64,000 nucleotides of DNA from Balanoglossus misakiensis. Its lineage: Eukaryota > Animalia > Hemichordata. The stretch lies in assembly GCA_040954595.2 (NCBI GenBank), contig CM082586.2, positions 5,504,509 to 5,568,508 of the forward strand, written 5' to 3'. Both the position numbers and the translations under genes were made by a program. This document shows positions 1-14,900 of this stretch, one piece after another. Position 1 is the first letter of the stretch, and each line of letters begins with the position of its first letter. The notes beneath the pieces are model-generated. The model was given only the letters and a program-made list of their open reading frames with translations, did not search any database and was not told the origin of the DNA.

Positions 1-3000
1 GAACATGTGAAGAATTATCTGAAAGACAGCCACAAAGTAACCCATGTAAGTCTGTTCACATGACAGTGGATTTTTTATCATTACTAGACCAGTATTGACA
101 AAAGAATGCATCATATACAATGTACTGTCAGAACGCTGTATTATTATTATGTTTCTTTGAATAAAAATGCTATCAATAACATCAGTCAAATACTGCTTGC
201 TTCTCTCAGTTCCTACGCAGATATTGTACGTCTTTCAAGGACTTTTACTTGTGTTGTGTTAAAATTGTATAACTGAATTTATTATCAATTTTTTGCTATT
301 TTGACAGGACAAGGAGCACAGAGAAAGAAGTCACAGCACTCCTGAGACACCATTGGAGAGTAGTGTGATGCAAAACATAGCTACGACTGATGAAATCATC
401 ACAACAACAGATGACTTGAGAGTCGGTACATTCCAATACATCAGTGACAAAGGTAAAGACAACCCCCCCCCCCCCCTCTCTGCTGTGGAACATCACCAAA
501 ATTGTCGTTTTGTTCCAGGTTTCACCTATTCCCCCGATTCTAAATTTTTGTCCTTCCTACAGATGGTATGGCCGTCCACCCCAAACCCAATGAGATTGTG
601 TTCTGTAGCAACACCATAGACAGCTATGGCACAATGACGTGGTGCTACGATGAACCCAGAGTCTTGACCTTCGTGGCGGTCAACCCTGTGCCGTTTACCA
701 CGTCTGTTGGCACCGATGTCCGGAAATCTGGTGTGGACACAAAGAAGGTAAATACTGTATATACAATGGTGCGAAGTTATGAGAATATGCTGCTTTTTAA
801 TGAAGAATATTGATTGTTATGCACCAAAACTCGTCAATCACAGTTTTACAAGCGTTAGTGTCATGTGTTTATACAAACTTTGATTATTTGTAAAATCATA
901 TGTGAGTTTTGGTCCTAATTTTTACAGATCCCCTGTACATTGGAATACTGGGACAACTTGAAGAAAGCCTTCATGGTGTACAGGGATCTGTACATCTCGG
1001 AAAGTTACTCCTATGAGGTGGATCTGCCAGATGTCAAGGAGGGTGCTATGGCCAATCAGATCGTAGCTGCTCATATCTGGAGGGTTGTGTTGAATGCTGG
1101 GAATCGGTACCAAGAGGATGATGGGTGAGTGACATCACAGGAATGGGGTAGTCTAATGCCTGGAGTGGGTCATGCATAAGGGAATTTACAAAGATATGCC
1201 TACTAATGCTACATAATCGAAATCTATTTCTCTCTTCGTCTCAGCACTGATGAGGACAATGATGACGATGATGCTGAGTCTGCAGAATTGATATCAGGCA
1301 CTGAGCCTCCCATCTCACCCATGGCGTTGGCTGCATGTATGAGAGTCGACTCTTGCTTTGCTGCGAAGTTTGTACCGGCATTGTCGATGTCTGTCAACGT
1401 CAGTCTGGTCCAAGTCAGGCTCAGTAATCATTTACAGTACACAGGGCATGGTGAGTGAACAGTTCTGTGATAAATCTGTCATATAGCTGACTTTTAACTT
1501 GTTTCTGATAGTGTGTCTTCGAAGCGGAATGGATGATACATTATGTATTGAGTTTAAATTCCGTAGGTCATTTGCATTGACTGATTGATTGATTAATTAA
1601 TTGGTTGATTGATAGGAAAACAGTGTAGAAATATGGTCAGCAGGTTAGGATGCTCTTTGCGATTATATGATCTTATCTGCCTGCAATCTCACCCTTATCA
1701 CAATAATGTAGTCATCGTATTTTGTTATGATGGTTTTTTTCCAGCGCAACCAAGGAAGCTCCATCCTTTCAAATTTGATGGCTCAGCTCCTGCCGATCAA
1801 GAGGTCATGACATTGACCTTGGAAGGTACCACCTTCTTCTTGACCTCTTGGAAAGGCACCAATAATAGGACCAATATACAGGTAAGCATTTTAGGGTGTG
1901 TGATAGGATTTGACAGGTTTCACTGCATAAGGTGAGCCAAGACTCATAATATGTATTTAATGCTAAGGGCATTGTCATATACAAAATGGTGAAACCAAGT
2001 GAAATGAAGTTATAATTATATTATTTTCTTTACAGTTATCTAGTTTACTACAGAGTGAGTTACTGGAGTACAGGAATCTAACCATGCAGCCTTTGATTGA
2101 ACCATTTGAATTGGTTGGTTCTGTCAGCGCCAAACCAGGGACGTTGGAAGTCTACTTTCAGTCAGATCCTGTGTTTGTCAGAGTGGGTCAGAGTGCTGTT
2201 CATACGTTGAGTATGACGTCACAGGCTTGGAAACAGGTGCGGTCATTTTGCCTTTGTCTTGGGTGTGTGGGTGGGTGGATGGGCAGGTGTGTGTAATCTG
2301 TGTATAGGTGGAGGGTTATGGTGGGTTTAAATGGTTGGGTATGTAGCTTGGCAGTCAAATACTGCCAGGTACATGTAATAAATGAAAGTATGGCCTTGCA
2401 TTTTCATGATAGATAACATTGATGAAAGCCAGACATTATGTTGTTGTTGTCTGTTTTTTGGATTGAAAAATAAAAGTGAACTCTGTCAATCAGATTATAG
2501 CAATCACAAAAGTAACATGTTTACAATGAGCCCATTGTTAATGGTTCATACATTAATTAATCTTTAAAGTAAAAAATACATATATCTGTTACAGAACAAG
2601 AAGCCAGATGAGGAACAGCAACTCTTCAATTACTACGTGATCTGCAACGACACGCAGGAAACTCTGAGGCTGGGCCAGATAGCCACCGATGAAGCCATAG
2701 TCTTGGAGAGTAGAAAGATGCATGCATACAGCTGGAGAACTCACAAGTCGCAGCAGGTAAATGGTAGACAACCCTTGGGGGAATTGAAGTGGGGAATTTG
2801 ACTGAACTGTATGTTATGAATTTAATGCTGTTCTGTGAGGGCACTGCATGCAGGTGTGTCAACACCAACCTGCAGGGGACTTCATGTTAAATGACCAAGA
2901 TATTAGCTCATGAATGCAAAGTTTCCCGAGGACTCAATCCTTCCCCATGAATGACGCTTGGTTTTTTGTCATCACAGTCATAGTGCTAGACGTCCCACAG

Positions 3001-6000
3001 TTTCCAATGGTAACTGTTGTTAGATTTGTACTTTAGGCATAATGGATGAAACACCTAGATAATTGTGTGTGTTGTATCAGAGAAGTATGTCAACAACCTG
3101 AACAGGCCATAATGCCATTTGCGAGTGTCCACAGCACTGACTTTTTTTTTACTCCACCAACAGTTGCTGCATGTGTGTGTGGAAGGCTGGGGTAACTGGA
3201 AGTGGTCGGATCCTTTCAGCATCGATGATGTTGGAACGAAGGTGCACACCCTTCAGCACAAAGGAAAGACGGCCACGTTACTTGTCGAAGTCAAGGCACT
3301 GTCACCACTGCAGAAACAGGTAACTTGTAGTCGCAGACATCATTGTATTCTTGTTCAGTGAGAGTGAATTTTAAGCTATCCATACTTTGGTTCATCAATG
3401 AGTATGTACTACAGTAGGCTGAAATGTCTATGATCACTTTTATCAGAGTTAAAAGCCAGTGAACCTGGTAGCTAAGAAACACCTGTGTGGAACAAACTAT
3501 ATTTTTATAACTTCTCCTTTGCGTGAGCAGATCACAATCAGCGGTCGACAGTATTTCTCCAGTCGGCTGTCCAAAGACCTAGAAGTGCAGCTGATCAAAG
3601 TGGCCAGTGTCGGCGGCAAGACCATGCAGACTTACCACACAATGCACCTGTCGGCCAAAAGCACCATCCCATCATGCATCTGTCAGGATGAGGACATCAC
3701 GGGCGTCAGAGTGAGGCTGACCGACGTGAGCTGCGATTGGTCGGAGCAGTGCGCCATCAGTGGCGAGATGAGCAAAGCCAACACTGTGATTAAGGTTAGT
3801 TCAACTGATGTTATATACATGTATTTGTATACTCTGAATGTTGTGGTTTCGTGACGATGGTACATATTTGCAGGGTAGCTCAGGAAGATCAGAATGTCAT
3901 AATACAAATTGTCCATTTCAGATTCCCTGCACAGGAAGTAAACACATTTACATATGGTGTTGCATCTACGAAGAGAAGCAGTCATTTACAGAACAGAGAG
4001 TGGTAAGTTGTGTGTTTGTGGATAAGCAGTGAGTTAAGAATTTACTTCCTTTCCTGACATTCACATTTACAGTTACACCAATATCTTGATTTTAGCGAAC
4101 CAGGAAATAGCATTCTTAAATTGCTTTCTGTCCTATCCATCTGTGTAGGTTATCTTCAGTCCACTGTTTGTGGTTCGAAGCCATCTCCCGAGGCCAGTGA
4201 TCATGAACGTAGAAACCACCAAAGCCAAATCAGTGCGGCATTTCAGCGTGATCCAGCGAGGACACAACATGTCGGTCTATGACATTGAACCTGAACTCTG
4301 GCATTACATCACATTCCAAATCAGGTGCGTAAATTAATCTGAGCTCATCTTCATTCCCATTAAAGTGCCACCAACCTGTGGTAACCTTCACCAGTTCTCC
4401 AGTACTGATACACAACCATTTTTATCAGATATGAGACATTAAACACTCACTGATTTGTTTATCATTTGCAGTGCCAAGTCGTCTTTGTCCCACCCTCCAG
4501 TGTCCATTTCAACCCAGCAAATTGGCACGATATCCCAGCAGAGCCAGGATGGCATTAACATCCATTCTCTGTGTTACAACTGGCGTCAACATGTGTCCGA
4601 GTATTGGCCATACAACAGTCTAGACTATGACAGCAGGTAAGAATGTGTACTTCCTAATTTCCGTCCTTCCTTCTTGCCTCTCTCCATCTTTGTCTCCCCT
4701 CTCCCTTCCTCCCCCTCTCCCTCCCATAAATTATCTAAACCTAAAACTCTCTCTCATTCTCTCACAGTATGGTCAAAATTGACAGCAAATTCAGCCACAT
4801 GGTGGCTACACCCACAGCCTCGGCAAGCGAACTACCTGACCAGCTGCCGGACATCGACCTCAAAATTGACCTCTCCCAGTGTTGGAGCGTTGTCAACACA
4901 ATGCTTATAGACATCAAACCCTGGTGTTTAATGATCAACGATACGGGCTTGGAGATAGCAGTCCTGGAAGAGGGCGAAATGCCGTTGGTTGTAAAACCTG
5001 GGGGTGTTGTCACTCCTCAAAACTTCAAGGTATGTGAAATTGTTGTTGTTGTTGTTGTTATTGTTAAATTTCCCTGAAAAGTGGGAACAAATTTGAAGAT
5101 AAGTCAAGGCTGACAAAGTACACAAAGACATGATGTTGTTTTATTATGTCAACACAGGGCAAGATGTGTCTGGGTGTTGGTGAATACAACTCGCAAGGTA
5201 TTGAGCTTCTGAGGGAACCGATAACACCCCAGAGAAGATACAGTCTGTTGAATAAATCTGAGGATGTCCTGCCACTGGAGGGATTTGTACATGCTTGTGT
5301 TGTCTGTGTAGAGCAGTCACAACAGGTAATAAAGTTGATTGACTGACTGATTGATTGATTGATTGACTGACTGATTGATTGATTGACTGACTGACTGACT
5401 GATTGATTGATTGATTGATTGTCTGTATACCGAAAACCACCAAGGTAGTCATACAAATAATTCAGAATATTCTTTCTCTTTATGAACACAGATGTGTCAT
5501 CTCACCGTAGCATCAACAGTGAAACATGGAATCCGAGTGCTCACCATCAAAGATAAGTACCTACTTATGAATAAAAGCAAAGAACACCTGGTCATCAGAA
5601 CAGTGGGGATACCACATGGGACCAAAGCAGTAAGTTTCATCGAAATTAAACTGAGATTTGTGGACACCAAAATTGCAGAACTTGAAGTTTTTTTTTCAGA
5701 ATTATAAGATTCATTATTCTTTTCTTTATTTGCAGCATGGTAAAAGCAGCCTGAATATGCAAATAAACTGTCTTCCAGCTTGTCAATCACCCACACATCC
5801 TACAGTCCAGCCAATAGAATATTGGGACATACCAGCAGCCGACCAATCAAATCAAATCGAACCAGTAGTTCAATACTTATCATTTACATATGCAAAAGAA
5901 GGTGAGACTGTGCCAGCCAATGACAACACCAGGAAATGGACCCAATTCGTAGTAGTTGATCCCAGGGTATCCAGACAGTCAGTCGCCATGCCGACAAGGA

Positions 6001-9000
6001 TGGGCAGCCAGTCAGGAGGAGAGGACCCCCTAGCTTGTGCTGTATCAGTGGTTGAGCACCATGGCGTGGTGTACATCACAGTGGATAAAGATGAGTTTCC
6101 AAGAATCATGATCCATAATAACTGTCCGTTCCCATTGCACTATGGACAAGGGTTGACAGAAGCGGACCCCAGTGGTGAGTAAAACATCAGTGATTTTTTT
6201 TCTCAGGAAAATTGTTCTGCTCACACCGTATTGCTAGTTTTATGGTAGCGCTACTGTTGTGTGGAAAACAACCATAATTTTTTTGTAATATATGCATGTA
6301 TGACTCCACACCAGGTGTTTGGACTGTGGTCGAGGAGATGTCTATCATGTCTACTGTGCCTGTGATCGAAGCAAGCAGTTCTGGCTTTTACGAGTTCCCC
6401 CACCTCCAGGAACACTTTCCCGAACTCAAAAAGCAACCCGACACACCCAGGAAACTTCACCTCAGCGTGGCGAGAAGCGCCCACGCACTGTACGTCGGGA
6501 AAGATGCTGAGGGAGGGGAAACCCGGGACAATTGGACCGACGGAATTGACATCGGGGCGTCGGAGAGTCAGAAGTCGGAAATCATGGTGCTGCCACACTG
6601 TGGTTATGTGCTCGTGAACTGCAAGACCGTGGGCACGTGTACTCACGTGTTCGTAGAACCACTGGCAATGGAAGGGCATGCCAGTCGCTCAAAGACCACG
6701 GCATCTGCAGATTTGCCTGTCAAGGGGAATACAGAGACTCCCTTGAACGTAGAATGCAGTGTGCTCGTGTCGCAGGTCTGCGTCATTCTGACGGATGAGC
6801 TGGAGAATCCGGTCTTCAGCACGGAGGTGTTGCGTCTCACCCTCGACAACCTGCACCTGGCGTACTTCCAGTCTTCCGAGGCCGATCATCCGTCCACCAA
6901 ACAGCGGTGCGTGCAAGTGGCAGCGGGCAGGGTGCAGGTGGACAACCAGCTGTTCCTGAATGCTGGGTATGATTTCCCGGTCTTGCTGATTCCGCAGGAG
7001 CAGGATGTGCACTTCCGAGGGGTTGGGGACTACTTCTTCGAGGCGCTGCCCGTGGAGAAGTTGGCCGAGAAGAGCTTCAAGACGAGCATGCTGGCGGCCA
7101 AGATTGTCTACGAGACCGACAGCTACCGGTCGTCTGCGTCCTGTCTCCAAGAAGTGTCCATCTCTTCCAAGCCCCTCACCGTGTACTTAGAAGACCAGTT
7201 CATCTACCAAATGCTGAAGGTGATCGACAGCTTCAAGACACCACATGACCCCAGGCAGCCAACCAGATCAAGGGCATCAGTGTCACCTGACGGGCATCAG
7301 CCAATGAGATGGGAGGACATACCCCCTGCTGTGAAATCACTCTCGGCAGCGCTCATGTCGCCGGTGGCCATCAATCAGTTTCACGTCCACCCGATCACGG
7401 TCCTGGCCAGCGTCCACGCGTCACTGAAGGTGTACTTGGCTTCCGATCACACGCCTCTGTCGTTCAGTCAGTTTAATCACAGACAAGTGTTCACCACATC
7501 CAGACAGTTGGTGCAGGCAATGACCATGCACTATGCGTCTGGTGCACTCTTCAAAGCAGGTGAGGAGTTGTATGCGTTTACCATCATCTTCAGTTTTAAC
7601 ATCAAACCACACTGGGTACTCACAATCCTGAAAGGTCTTGAATAAGTAATTTAGATTGATAGGCTTGTGACAGTGTTTTTTTATCATTGACTTTTGCCAA
7701 ATACCAAAGGTCTGTATACACATTAGTAGACAGCTCTTTCTATGAATTTTATTTCTGTGTAATAACAGTTTGTAGTATCAGAAGTTTTTGTTTGTAAACT
7801 TGCATCTGATAAGATTATTCTTTCTCTCCAGGATGGGTACTTGGATCGTTGGAAATCCTGGGCAACCCAGCAGGGTTGGTTCGGAGCATTAGCAGTGGTG
7901 TGGCCGACTTATTCCGTCTTCCCTATGAAGGTCTGATCCGAGGGCCAAGCGCGTTCATGACTGGAGTCACCAGTGGGGCATCGTCTCTGGTGAAACATGT
8001 ATCAACAGGTGAGAGGCAGGATAAAAATCTGCTGGTTGATTGGTGTCTACAGTTGGTATTCTTGGTTAATGTATGGTTTCATCTGCCTCAGCAATGTAGC
8101 AGTATGGCCATGTTACAATAATGTATCCAAATTTATTTTCTCTCACAAAAGTCTTACACAAGTAATTTTTGCAAAGGGATTTTTTTATAATTCTCCAATC
8201 CAAATGGTTGGTCAAATGACACTGGTACAAAATAAAAATCATATCAGTTGTGTTCTTGTTAAACACACATGTTTGCTCTGCAAGGGAACAGACCATTGTT
8301 GGTTTTGAATCAAAATTTGAATGGCTTTTCAATTTCCAGGCACCTTGACTTCCATCACCAACTTTGCCAGCAGTGTTTCCAGGAACATGGATCGGCTTTC
8401 CCTGGATCAGGATCATCTCCTGAGGCAGGAAGAACACCGGAGACAGATCCCGGAGAGGATTAGTGAAGGATTAAAACAGGGATTGAGTGGATTTGGGATT
8501 AGCCTACTTGGTAAGATTATACAGATGTTTTGATCATGCATGTGGTCATGGAACTCAGCTTCACATTGTTCATAATACTGTGTCCCAACAATTTCACATT
8601 TTGCAGAAATAAGATCCTGCTAACTTTGTTGTGTCTTGACAGGTGCGGTTGCTGGTGTAGTCGATCAGCCAATCCAGAGTTGGACAAGATCGGCCATGCC
8701 AACCAGTAAAACACAGAAAGCCACAGGGGTCATATCGGGAGTAGGGAAAGGTCTAGTTGGAGTTGTAACCAAGCCTATAGGGGGCGCTGCAGAGTTTGTA
8801 TCACAGACTGGCCAAGGTATGCTGCCATGTTCCATATTGCCTTTCATTTATAAAATTCCAAAATCAATACTACCAGACAACTCACAGTTGACTTCTGAAT
8901 TTACAATTCAAGAAATGTCTTCTATAACTTTGAGTGAAGGATGGTTGATATCAAAGTATCAGATAAAATTACTTGTTAGTTTATCTCATTTCCAGTTTCT

Positions 9001-10267
9001 TTGAACCTTGAACCACATGCAAATCTCCTGACTGACTTGTACAAGTTATTATTCTACAGGTATCTTGCATGGTGCAGGACTAACAGAGATATTCAAGCCA
9101 CGATTTGCTCCATGTACCGAGCAGGTTGCCATGGCAGCAAACGGCCATGTCAAGTACATATGGTAAGCAGTCACACTGATACAATGGATAGCGATATCTA
9201 AAAAAATATTGAATAGGACTTCTCAACAATTTTCCTTGTGAATGAATACACAAACTACATGTATTTCCGTTGTTTCAATCTGTAGGAAGATGTTACAGAC
9301 TCTACCCAATGCTGCCATACTCATGTACTTAGAGAGCACCATCGTGACGTACCACGGCTTGCATCACAGCGGCTGCCTGTTGCTGTCGTCCGAGGTGTTG
9401 TTCGTGGTCAGCACCAGCGAGGACACGCAGCAGCAAGCGTTTCCACTGACGGAGATCAACTGCTACGGGAAAAGCAGCGACAGTGGAGTGTTGTGCGTGA
9501 CGCTGAACCAACATGTGACCCCTGAGGTGAGAAAATTCAGGTCTTCATTTAATAAATGTTTGGTAAGCAGTTCATCTTTGTACCTGCTTTGTCTCACTGT
9601 CTCACTGAATGGTGTGTTTACTGAGCTATGATGGCTCAAATCATTATCAAATAGTGTGTATCTTTTTTGTTGATACAAGTGCATTATTGATTTTAACAGT
9701 TTTCAACTTGAAAGAAATGTTAATAGAATATCCTACAAGATAGCTAAGTACAAATGAAGAGAGACTTGTAAAATGCATACACAGTGAAACTTCTTTATTA
9801 TTAAGGGGATCCTAATATTTTTTCTTGAAAAATTTTTCCCCAATAGAGAGAGGTGTCCTGATTTAAAGAGGTCTGTACTGACAGCTTTCTGTGTACCATC
9901 CATCTGACAGCTTTCACTGTATTTTTTTATCTTCCAGAAGAAAGAAACCTCCAATCGGGTGGCAGATTTTGTAGATGCCACATCTGGCCACGCCCTGATT
10001 GACGAGGACAACGATGTGGCCAAGATAGACGACTCGGAAACAACCTCGGAACCATCCTCCCACAGCAACCAGATTGCCACGACAACGTACAAATATCACA
10101 TCGACCCGCGTTTGCGAGATACGTTCATCGCGCTCTTCAGACAAGCCAAGCGCAGACTGGAAGGCAAGGGTTTCGCCACTGACAGGTCCGAGAAGTTAGC
10201 GTTTAGTAAATTTCAAGTGTGGCATCTGAAGGCGAAACAGGAACTGGAGGAAGAAACTGCAATGTAG
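1..10267 (+). CDS. VPS13B: Vacuolar protein sorting 13B (VPS13B/COH1), 3' portion, multi-exon; 5' part lies outside the window
   Basis: Many GT-AG-bounded exons translate to VPS13 C-terminal motifs: QVDNQL..YDFPVLL (6.9 kb), MHYASGALFKAG/WVLGSLEILGNPAGLVRSISSGVADLFRLPYEGL, GTLTSITNFASSVSRNMDRLSLD..RQEEHRRQIPE, VGKGLVGVVTKPIGGAAEFVSQTGQG. These match the VPS13B C-terminus as I recall it. Last exon stops at TAG 10265-10267. Confidence 0.93.
5336..5420. repeat. (TGAT/TGAC)n tetranucleotide microsatellite in a VPS13B intron
   Basis: Directly visible; explains the spurious NQSINQS ORFs at 5064-5489 and 5144-5452. Confidence 0.95.
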
Positions 10268-11962
10268 TCTTGATAATTTGGTAACCTTAAGGTGGTGCGC
10301 ACCTTGTGGACAGATATTCAGAAAAAAACAGAGAAGAAAGCTTGGTGATCATCGTCCTGGTTCCATAAAAAATCACTAATTTGAATTTTCTACATGAACT
10401 AATATAGAGACTGGCGCCCATTTTGGAATGTTTAATATTTTTGAGTGACACTGTTACAACTGGTTGTTATTGTGATGGTGGTAGGGCAATAAACAATGTA
10501 TACGTTATAGAGATAAAAATATTGGTGCTGTTTGTACAGAAAATCAGATTATCACAAAATAATTTGAAGTTGAATAAAAATTGCCAGAATATGTAGGAAT
10601 CAAAATCATGGTACTAATTAATTATTAATTACATATTTTGACGATATCGTCAGCATGGTGGTAAAAATAGGCTATTTATGAATGAAATCTCATATGCAAT
10701 CATTTCTTTTGTGGTCAATTTGCATGTTACTTTAAATGTACATATGGAATATTTTATTGGTTGTTATATTTTATTTATTATATGAAAGGTGCAGAATTGT
10801 TTATTTGAATATTTTGCTTCCATTGGTGGGCAATAACTGACTTAATTTGCACACAGCAGACTGATAGGTTGCTTTTTTTCTGACTCTGAGAGGGTCAATA
10901 AATCAACTGGAAGGTTGTGGGTGGTGGTATCTTGGTACAATTACATGTATTTGTTAACTATTGTACACTCCTTCCCAGCCATTTGTCATTTTGTATTTTC
11001 TACTTCCCTGTAGCAATGCATAACTCCCCCATTCTGCAGGTTGTAGCTCTGTGTAGAATCTGTTACAAACTGGAACTGTACGTCTGTTATGGGCTAAAAT
11101 AAAGTTGGTTGCATTTGGAATAAAATTGGTTGTCTGTGAAATTTCTTTTGGTGTGTGTGTATGATGGCCAGATTGTACCTGTTTTTTTTTAAACAAACAA
11201 ACAAAAAATAAGGGACCACAGACATGTGCAGTTCATGACCCACTAAAACATGGTTTAATGCATATGCTGGATATATATAATCTACAATGCTTAAACATCT
11301 AAAAAAATTAAAATAATTAACACTTTCAGCTTCCTGAAAGGCATGCAATATTATCTGAATATAGCAGACAGTTGAGTCTATTATCAGGCCTTTTATACGT
11401 CCACACCATTGTTTCCCAAAAAATCTTATGCAACAAAAATAATTTTGATGTGACACTGAATCACACAATGTTAAAAAATAACAAACATTTTTTTCCATTG
11501 TTGAAATGATTGCCTTAATCTCAGATTACTGTTTCCCCTTTTGGCATAGCCCCCTCTTCCCCATAGCCAATGTCTTTTGTCGCCGATATGCACCCCACAT
11601 CAATAATATCCGAGACAGCGTAATTGCACCACGTTGTCGAATTAGTTTGATATGTTGTCTGGGATCTTGCAGTGAAAATGTTTATCTCAGTATGATTGGA
11701 ATGTATGTAGATTACATATAAATATACAAAAATACAAATATGTTGAGTTGGATCATCAATGGTGAATTATTTCAGACTTTATGTGGACACGGTGATCATT
11801 TTTGAGGAAAGAATTGTAATATCACATTATTTCACACATCAAAATAAAATTCTTGGGGAATTTGTTTTCAGATACACAAGAGACACTATGACTTAAAATT
11901 TAACTAATTAAATAATGATGATAATTTTCGAACCGATATTAAAATTTAAGACGTATATGTTT

Positions 11963-14900
11963 TCAGTTGTCAAAATGAACTCGTTTGGTCAGGATGAAAC
12001 AAGCTGGAGGCAGACTCCTGTCCATATCCAACTGCAGGAGACCTGAAAAGTGGAAATAATAGTTAAAGGAAAAACACCACCATTTTGTCACAGTTACAAT
12101 GACGAATTAAAACCTATAATATTCTATGATGGTAAACGTTTATATTTGGTAAGTTTACATCTGGAGTATGCGAGGACTTCATTAGCAACCCTCCCCAGGA
12201 TGGAGTCTCCCTGTACCCCCACCTACCAGCCATTACTCCCTGGAAGCCTGCATTATAGTCACACGCCACTTCATTGTGGTAGTAGTCCTTCCGGTCATCG
12301 GCCCACCAGTCATCTTGATTGGGTCCACCGACCAAAGCTCCGACTAGCTCGTGGTGGTTACATCCCGGATTATTCCAGCTGTTGGCGTTGGTACAAGGAA
12401 TATCCAGGTCTGGACAAGAACTGGAAAAAAAGATAACCAACTGTGCTAAATTTTTACTTCGTCAAATTAGAAGACAAGCTATCAGAAAAACAATATATAG
12501 ATCTTGCATTGAGTCACATAAGTCACTTGCCGTCTATGAAAAAAGCCCTATATTTGTGGGGTGTTACTTTAGCACGTGCTAGTACATTTGGAGATGTGAC
12601 TGTTGACTGATATGGTCGATGAGGGCGCTTGTCTCCAACAGTACGATACCATGCAGAGTGAAGATGTGCGAGATTATGTGAGTATATTGTACCTTGCGCG
12701 GTGGTGCGGTTTGCAAGGCGGATCCACACCGTACCCGATGACAAAGCTATGGTGGACGTTGTCGCCGAGCATGTAGTTGGTTTGGTTGCATGCAAATTCA
12801 CGATAAACGTTAGGTCTGAGTCCGTACTTGGCCCCAATCAAACCAACGAACGAGGCTCCAGCTGAAGTTTGCAAGAAAACACACACACAAATTGAAAGTT
12901 GGCGAAAAAAGGTTTATAATTTTACCGTGAAAAAAAGAGTCGGGAGCGTGTATTTTCTGTTTAAAATTGTGAGGTCATATATAAGGAGTGTGAATCATGC
13001 ATTGTGGAAAAAGTGCGTACCTGCGTAGCGCAAGGAACCCCACTCATGCCTGAAGAACAGACCTCTTGGGGTGTAAAACAACGGGTTGTTGAACGGCATT
13101 ATGGCGTCCATATATTTCATAAACGAGTCGCTGTAGCGCGTGTTTCCAGTGATTTGGTACAGGAGCAGCTAAGTGTTAAATATTAAACACAAATTAATTA
13201 CTAAAATGGGGGAATAATCGTGGTTGTTGGTTGTGTCTGTATACGAGTGACGGCCATCGTTGTCAAATGCATTCTAGTCTGGACAGGCATTCCATTTTCG
13301 ACGACAACAATGCTACAAAGGGGATGTTCTAAACAAACAATACTAAGGAATTATTTACGTTTACCACTGTTGGTGCCCGAAACAGAAGGATAGAGAAGAT
13401 AAACAAAACTTGGTACATCTTCTCACCTTTGACCCCTCCCTGGTGTCTCCCCACCCGAAAGCATAAGAACGGCCATTGAGGGAATACTCCTCATAGAAAG
13501 CCTCTGCTTCAGACAAGTACAGCGGGTCACCTGTAGCAAGGTGCACCCATGTTGCCGCCCATACAAGTTCATCGCCAAGGTTGTTATTGCTATGTAAAAT
13601 ATAAAAAACTATAACACTAGTACAATATGTATTCCACGAGAAATACCCTTTTTCAATTTTTGACCAGTCACCCAAACTAGCCAGTCGAGTCATGTTGATT
13701 TAGAATGTTTTAAAGGAAGACTGTAGGCCTACTGATTTCTACGAACATTGTTCATCAGATTAAAAATATGACCAATAATTTAATTTATTCTGAGGGCATA
13801 CAGACCCACAGCAAGGCACGATTTGCTGGCATTTGCACAAGTCGAGTTGTAGGTTATAATCGGTTGAAAATTTAGTTAAAGATTTGTGGAATGCCGACGA
13901 AGATTTTTCGATTACATATTACGATTACATGTATTTTTTGCTGCCTTTACTCACATGTAGTAATTGGTAGCCGGATATTTTCCTATATTTCTGGTGGCAA
14001 GTCGGTACAAATCCATGGCTTCATCCCGATAGATTCTCGAACGACCGCCCACTGATGAACAAAACCAAACAAAAATTGGGTTCCGTGCATATCAGGACAG
14101 GTGTCATAGTTTCTCCAAAAGAAACATGAAAAATTCTGGATAAAGTTTGAGGAAACATAATATTACAAGACTCTGTGTTAACTTACTTCCAGCGTCTTTA
14201 TAGGCCACGGCGCATGTCGCCAAAGCCGCCGCGGCGGAAGCGATGGCGTCAGAGCCTGTTTCCGTATGCCTGATTCTGTACGGCTCACGGTAATATACTA
14301 TGTCTTCAGGCCGTTGCCAATACGTGTGATCAACATTAGCATCGGCTACCTATGGAATGACATAACGATATCAACACAGTAGTAGCTAGGCCTATATCAT
14401 GTATAGATTTATTGTGTGTGTAAACTTGCATTTCTTTCCAATACGAAATAAAATATCATAAACGATATGTTCTAGTAATCTTAATAATTTATTATCTAGT
14501 GCGTTCCCGGCAAATAGAAGGAAGATACTTGCGCCTCGTCATATTAATACACTGGAAATGTACCTGGTAATAATATTCATTTGTCCTGGTATGGCATTTG
14601 ATGAAGTAGTCACAGGTCCATCGTATGCTCAAAAGCATGTCTTCGTACGCGCCAGCGCTCTTGTATGCATCAGGAAACTCGATGAGGCCCCAGGCGAGCA
14701 CCGCAGTCGACCACGCCATCGGATAGTTGAACTTGACATTGTCACCAGCTACAACAATGGCAAAAACAAACAAACAGAAATGACAAACCTTGACTTACGG
14801 ACCACTTGAATGACATATACATGTACATTGATATCAATTCACAAATTCGTACTACAGAATTTTGTTGAACTTTTACGGACTGAAGACGATGTCAATGAAT

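Noticed and set aside
5064-5489. NQSINQS-repeat ORFs
   Set aside because: Translation of an intronic tetranucleotide microsatellite, antisense to VPS13B.
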